Shown piece by piece: positions 58,731-64,000 of a stretch of DNA of 64,000 nt (the stretch's first letter is position 1; every line of letters starts with the position of its first letter). The notes beneath the pieces are model-generated. The model saw nothing but the letters and a program-made list of their open reading frames with translations. It did no database searches and was not told the origin of the DNA. Origin of the DNA: Callorhinchus milii (Eukaryota). The stretch is from positions 126,110,001 to 126,174,000 of the forward strand of contig NW_024704742.1 in the NCBI RefSeq assembly GCF_018977255.1. Direction: 5' to 3'. Both the position numbers and the translations under genes were made by a program.

Positions 58731-58920
58731 TTCTGATAAAGGTCATCGACCTGAAATGTTAACTCTCTTCATAAATGCTGCCTTTAAGCGATCTGAGACG
58801 CCGTCCAGCGTGAAGGACACTATATAAATGCAAGTTGTTGTTGTTGCCTGACCTGCTGAGTATTTCCAGCAACTTCTGTTTTTATTTCAGATCTCCAACA
58901 ACTGCAGTAGTTTGCCTTTT
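58731..58920 (+). mobile_element. Penelope-like terminal repeat with degenerate hammerhead core; L2 tail inserted at 58784-58844
   Basis: CTGATAA-AGGTC-ATC-GACCT-GAAATGTTAAC ... GCCTGACCTGCTGAGTATTTCCAGCA..TCTGTTTTTATTTCAGA; TGCCT duplicated at 58779-58783 and 58845-58849. Confidence 0.75.
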
Positions 58921-59099
58921 GCCCTTCTGCTCCATCTGGTAAATTTTGTAGATTGGTCCCTGTGCTGATACAATTTTAACTTAGTCTTATAATAATGAAA
59001 GAAAGGCCTGCCTTATGAAGGTAAATGCAATTATGCATGCAGAATCATTTACAATTATTCTTAAACCCAAATTCACAATATTTTACTGCAAACATTTAG

Positions 59100-59330
59100 T
59101 TTCGAATGAGATGTTAAACCAAGGTGCAAATTGCCTGCTCAGGCGGACTGTAAAGAACCCATGTCTCTACTCTAGTAGAGAAGGAGGTTACTCCCAGTGA
59201 CCTGGCCAACAATCTCCAGATAAAATTGGTTATGCGCTTCATGTATGTTTTTAAGACAGTTCTGTGTGCAAATCGGCTGCCATATTCATCCTTCCAATTT
59301 GAAAGGTGCTATATTAAATGTAAAGATTTT
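59100..59330 (+). mobile_element. Old Deu-domain SINE fragment
   Basis: TTCGAATGAGATGTTAAACCAAGG..CCTGGCCAACAAT..AGATAAAATTGG. Confidence 0.82.
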
Positions 59331-59802
59331 TTTCATATTGGACCCATTACTCTGGGATTGTATCAGTAAATACAAGGTTTATTATAGCTAATTTCAATGA
59401 ATTTGCTACTCGCAGGACAGGGTACCGAATAAATGCTTGTTGCTGCTGTTGCTGATTGAGCGAATAGAATAACCTCATAAGTATACAATGTTATTCTGTG
59501 TATTGTGTTACATTTTTGATTATAATGACAATGTAGCAGATTGCTACAAGGATAGAGTTTCAAATTTTGCCTGGAAATTGTTTAGACGTAAAAATATTGA
59601 TGTAAAAATACTTTGGCAGATGTTACATGTGTTATACTTCCAGAATGGAAAGGAAAGAACAGGAGAGACAAATTGAATTTGAGATGAAACAAAATGAATT
59701 TTTACTCAGTAATTCTTAGTCTCCTATGGTAGATCATGAATGTCTAGAAAATTACATATTATCGCTAACAAGCATGGGGTGTAATAGCATATGTAATAGC
59801 AG

Positions 59803-60860
59803 GTGTCAGCTTGGCTCAGTTGGTAGCACTCTCGCCTCCGAATCAGAAGGTTCAAACCCCAGTTGAACACAAGTTAGGACGTTGAACATATAGCTTTGCT
59901 GACACACCAATGCAGTGCTGTGTGAATGCTGCCTTGTCAGAGATGCTGTCCTTTGGGTTACATGTTAAACTGAGGTCCTGTCTGCCCATTGATGTTGTTA
60001 AAGATGGTACTAGTTTGTAAAGAGAAGGATGATTCTCCCGTGGCGAACTATCCCCAGATAAAATTGATCACTCACTTCCAAGCTGTTTATGGGGGCAATA
60101 CTGTGTGCAAATTTACCTGCCACTTTCGCCTACCAAATAAATTGGGAATTTAAAGTCATAAAGTCAAGGCTGACATTCCAATTCAGAGCTAGAGGTGTAC
60201 TGTATTGTTGAAGGGGGGCCCTTCTCTGGATGAAAAGTTAAACCGACTTCTATCTACCTGTTCAGATAGATGTTAAAGATCGAATTGCACTATTTCAAAA
60301 AAGGTTTCTCATGGTGTCCTGGCCAACAATTCCCCAGATAAAATTGGTCATGTAATTCATGGTTGTTTGTGGGTCACTGCTGTATGTATATTGGCTGCCA
60401 CATTCCCCTACAAAATTACAGTGACTACATTTAACAGTAAGTCCAGTGATGCTTTGATCCGATGTGAAAGGCACTATATCAAATGCAAGGAATAGTATTA
60501 TTTATTATTATTATTTTCATTAAGGAAGAAAATGCCATCATTATTATTAAAGAGAGAATCCCATTATTTGCCTATCCCTCCAGTCACTATCCTTTAGAGA
60601 AAATGTATGAAATGCTTTGAGACAGTCTTCTCGTTGGAATATCTGCTGACTCAAGTGGTAGCACTCTCGCTTTTGAGTCAGAAGGGACTTTGAACTCATG
60701 TCCAATACAATAATGTGGATGTGATCCATTGATTAAGGTGCATCCTTCAAGGATCCATCTGACTGTTTGGGAGGATGATAAAGATCCCATGGCACTATCC
60801 AAAAAGAAAAGGCAACTTCTCCCAGTGTCCTGACCAATAATCTTCCAAATAAAAGTAGAT
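59803..60860 (+). mobile_element. Cluster of three same-strand old Deu-domain SINEs (59803-60140, 60165-60515, 60643-60860)
   Basis: Heads GTCAGCTTGGCTCAGTTGGTAGCACTCTCGCC and GTGGTAGCACTCTCGC; repeated TAAAGAT..; TGTCCTGGCCAACAA cores. Confidence 0.9.
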
Positions 60861-60969
60861 AAATGAATGCATGTTCATAACCTCAGACTCCAGGTAACAC
60901 CTTCCAGCTGTAGTCGTTCCAAGCCATGCAGTTTCCTCATCTTGTAACCGGTATTAATCAGAAAATCTC

Positions 60970-61425
60970 ATCAACAACAACAAAATTTCATTTATAGAGC
61001 GTCTTTCACGTCGGGAGGACGTCCCAAGGCGCTGGACAATTGGGTCGGGACCTGAGCAGAGGGGGAAATGGTCAGGGTGAGGGGAGGGAAGGGAGGGAGC
61101 GAGGAGAGGGTAAAGAGTCGAGAGGGGAGCTGAAGGCACAGTCAAAGAGAAAGGTCTTGAGACCGGCCTTGAAGGAGGTAAGGGAGGAAGCAAGGCGAAG
61201 GCACTGGGGGATAGAGTTCCAGAGCCCAGGGGCTGAGAGGCTGAAGGCCCGGCCACCGATGGTAGGGCAGTTGGGACGGGGGATGTGGAGCAGACCGGAG
61301 CCAGAGGAACGGAGGGTACGGGCAGGTAAGTAGGGGGATAGTAGGTCGGAGAGGTAGGAGGGAGCAAGGCCGTGAATGGCCTTGTAGGTGAGGATGAGGA
61401 TCTTGAATTCGATCCTCTGGGGAAT
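60970..61425 (-). mobile_element. Young L2 3' fragment with tail
   Basis: Tail (CAA)n..TTTCACGTCGGGAGGACGTCCCAAGGCGCTGG; ORF2 end near-identical to 46130-46260. Confidence 0.96.
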
Positions 61426-62074
61426 AGTATTAATGGGAGAACCCAGTCTTTGATATTACTAAACACACCTTTTATTGAAATATTCCTCGATCTCAATTAT
61501 TTAATTTTTTTAAGAAAACAAGAACAAAGACGTGGTACTTTATCTACGACTATTACTTAGAAAATCTGTAAAGAAATAGATAGAAACCTTGCAGTGTGTG
61601 TAAGATACTTCATTCTAATATTTAAATGCTCTTGAAATGTCCAGATTGTTTCAATGATGAATTGTTGTCTGAATGACTTAGGACTGACAACAAGTGTTAA
61701 AAAGCATGATCAGTGGCAGTGAAATGTCCTTAAAGAGTGCACTAAAAAGTATTTAATTTAATTTGCCAATGAGCTCATTTGGGATGAAAACCATGCAGAG
61801 AAGATGAGAAATTTGAAATCCCATAAAGGATTATCCTTGAGAAAAGCTTAATCAGCTTTACTAATATTCACACAGAAGTAACATATTATTCCCTTATGTT
61901 ATATGTATTTCTCATTCTAAACAGTGTTAGATTGTTTGGCATTATGGAAATATAGTTTTAAATTTGCAACGTTTAAAAAGTAGGAAAAATATTAACAATT
62001 TTTTTTCACTTTGATTCAAACCTACATTCTGTAAAGAATAAATGAGATGAAAAGAACAGCTTTGTTCTATTTAT

Positions 62075-62805
62075 ATTTTGGTCAGACACATGCGGAAACC
62101 CATCACTGCTTAATCCTAGGAAGTCCCATAGCATAATGGTTAGCATGCTCGCCTTGCAAGTGAGAAGACCCAGCTTCAATTCCTGAGCAGGGTGAAACCT
62201 TAGGCAAGTTTCCTTACTCCACACACCTCTGTGTATCTTGAAGTAAGAAGGAACCCAGTTGTTAGTCAATCGGCGGATTGCTGTCCAGGGATAATAATCC
62301 CTCAAAAAAACTAATACAAGCCATTACTGTTTGCAGGACACTGCTGTGTGCAATTGGCTGCCACATTACACCCACAAAATGTACACTCAATTCACTTTGC
62401 AAAACACTCAATATACCCCTCTACGACATGATAAGGCGCTACATCAAAGTCAAGGATTATTATTGTTATTGTTATTACTATCCAAACCAAATTACTGCAG
62501 GAACCCATGAGTGTGCCTAATGGTATCCAAACCAAACTACTGAAAGTTCCACATACACATGGAAATTTCCCTGGAATGGAATCACACTTTCTCCTCCTAT
62601 GGTATGCCCTGCTCACCTAATCCTGGAAAGTATTAGGCGCAGGTTGGCCAAAGACAAGGCTTGGAGTTGCTAGAGCAAGCACTTGGGTACTGCTGGAGTT
62701 TAACCTGTTAAAACTGTGCAACTTGGCATTCTGAACATTGACTGGCAAGCTTTCTGCTGTTCCTCCAGCTAGGACCACCCTGATTGTTAGGGCTTTGGCT
62801 TGAAA
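62075..62805 (-). repeat. Family X repeat copy interrupted by a SINE (62121-62478)
   Basis: TTTTGGTCAGACACATGCGGAAACCCATCAC.GCTTAA, then TATCCAAACCAAA...AAGGCTTGG..TTAGGGCTTTGGCTTG. Confidence 0.85.
62121..62478 (+). mobile_element. tRNA-Ala-headed SINE, long variant, diverged
   Basis: AGTCCCATAGCATAATGGTTAGC..CTCGCCTTGCAAGTGAG..GGCAAGTTTCCTTACTCCACACACCTCTG. Confidence 0.92.
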
Positions 62806-62968
62806 CTTTGTTCAAGGTCAGCAATGCACTTAATTGGTACCATTCACTTATGGACCACTTATTCATAACCCGTGGGCGTTTGCACACTATTCTGTGTGAA
62901 GGATGCAATATAACTGCAAATGCTAGGTCTATTAATGGCCCCTTTGCTGCCAGAGCTGAGATCACAAG

Positions 62969-63300
62969 ATAATAATAATAATAATAATAATAATCCTTGC
63001 ATTTGATATAGCGCTTTTCACGTCAGGAGGACGTCCCAAAGCGCTTCACAGAACACACTGTAAAGTGAATTGACTGTATATTTGTGGGCGAACGCGGCAG
63101 CCAATTGCGCACAGCAATGTCCCACAAACAGTCGTAGATTGAAAATGACCAATTTAATTATTGTTTTTGGTTTTGGAGGGATTATTATTAGGCTCTGTGT
63201 GGAGTAAGGAAACTTGCCCAAGGTTTCGCCCTCTGCCTGGAATTGAACTCAGGTCTCTCACTTGCAAAGCGAGTGCTCTAACCACTGAGCTACAGGACTC
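62969..63300 (-). mobile_element. Young tRNA-Ala-headed SINE, short variant, full length
   Basis: Near-identical reverse complement of 40566-40893. Confidence 0.96.
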
Positions 63301-63324
63301 CACACAGGACTCCAAGATCAAGAT

Positions 63325-63560
63325 GCCAAGATTAGTTTGGATGAAGAAGGTCCTTCAGCCATTCTGATCTCATCTCTCCAGAATATCCACATTACTGTCC
63401 TCCTATCACAGCATCAAGCTGCTTTATAATGAGTTCAGTGTACTGGCCTCAACCACCCTTTCTGACAACCATTCCAATCATTAATTAACCTCTGAGCAAA
63501 GACAAACTTCCTGGTATCTGTTCTGAAATTGCCCTTTACGAATACAAACCTCTGCTTTCT
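63325..63560 (-). mobile_element. CR1 3' fragment
   Basis: KGNFRTDTRKFVFAQRLINDWN (ORF 63435-63623); 3' UTR GAATGGCTGAAGGACCTTCTTCATCC. Confidence 0.78.
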
Positions 63561-64000
63561 CAATTCTTTAGTGAGAGAAATCGAGGGTTTACCAACAAGA
63601 GGCAAACCTGTCCTTTTTTTCACAAAGCAACTGAAAGTGATTTATTGGTAATGTTGAACCCATAGTTTTAATGGAGCTTTTGGTCTCGTAGTTTATTTTT
63701 GTCACTTTCCATGAGTGGAAGTTCCATGGTGACTGCCAGACTAGGAAATTGCAGTAGTCCCATGTCACATCAGTCTAATTTGCAAGATTTATAAACATGA
63801 CAGACCGTGAACCTTGAAAAAGACTGCAGAGATCGTCCAAGCAATTTAAAGATGCAGTCCACTTGCGCCAATGGAAGGTAAAATTGCTAGGTTATTATTA
63901 TTATTATTCACAAATTAGATGGAGAGCTACCCTGTTTTTAGGTTAATTTATGCTTGCATTTAATACAGTGTTATACATGTTATCAAGATGTTTCAAAGCC

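Noticed and set aside
61500..61590. Strong minus-strand acceptor tttctatctatttctttacag
   Set aside because: All three downstream frames hit stops within a few codons and no good donor follows.
4303..62805. Strict single orientation of family X as evidence of local tandem origin
   Set aside because: An inverted fragment exists at 13050-13135 and copies are diverged with unrelated flanks.
1..64000. CRISPR-like or regularly spaced repeat array
   Set aside because: Recurrent motifs are dispersed SINE/LINE tails in both orientations at irregular spacing; no repeat-spacer periodicity.

Overview
Repeat-dense vertebrate genomic DNA, most likely a cartilaginous fish. The young tRNA-Ala-headed SINE, Deu-domain SINEs and CR1/L2 LINEs look like those I recall from holocephalans such as Callorhinchus; this is inferred from repeat content only. 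Much of the window is 5'-truncated CR1 and L2 fragments and SINEs, often nested. Almost all long ORFs in the track are LINE ORF2 remnants or their alternative/antisense frames. No intact autonomous element, bona fide RNA gene or CRISPR array is present. Less obvious content: (1) several short minus-strand segments with good splice signals and open frames (best 56676-56810 and 7090-7218), suggesting the window lies inside a large unidentified minus-strand gene; (2) an unclassified ~650-bp retroposon-like repeat in 7 pieces; (3) a decayed pogo-family transposase at ~49450-50370; (4) Penelope-type terminal repeats with degenerate hammerhead-ribozyme cores; (5) fold-back MITE-like elements; (6) two CTCF motifs and a perfect HNF1 palindrome in unique sequence. 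I found no convincing wholly new biological system; the unclassified repeat and the unidentified exons are the best leads. Repeat boundaries are by eye (about +/-20-50 bp) and no database search was run.
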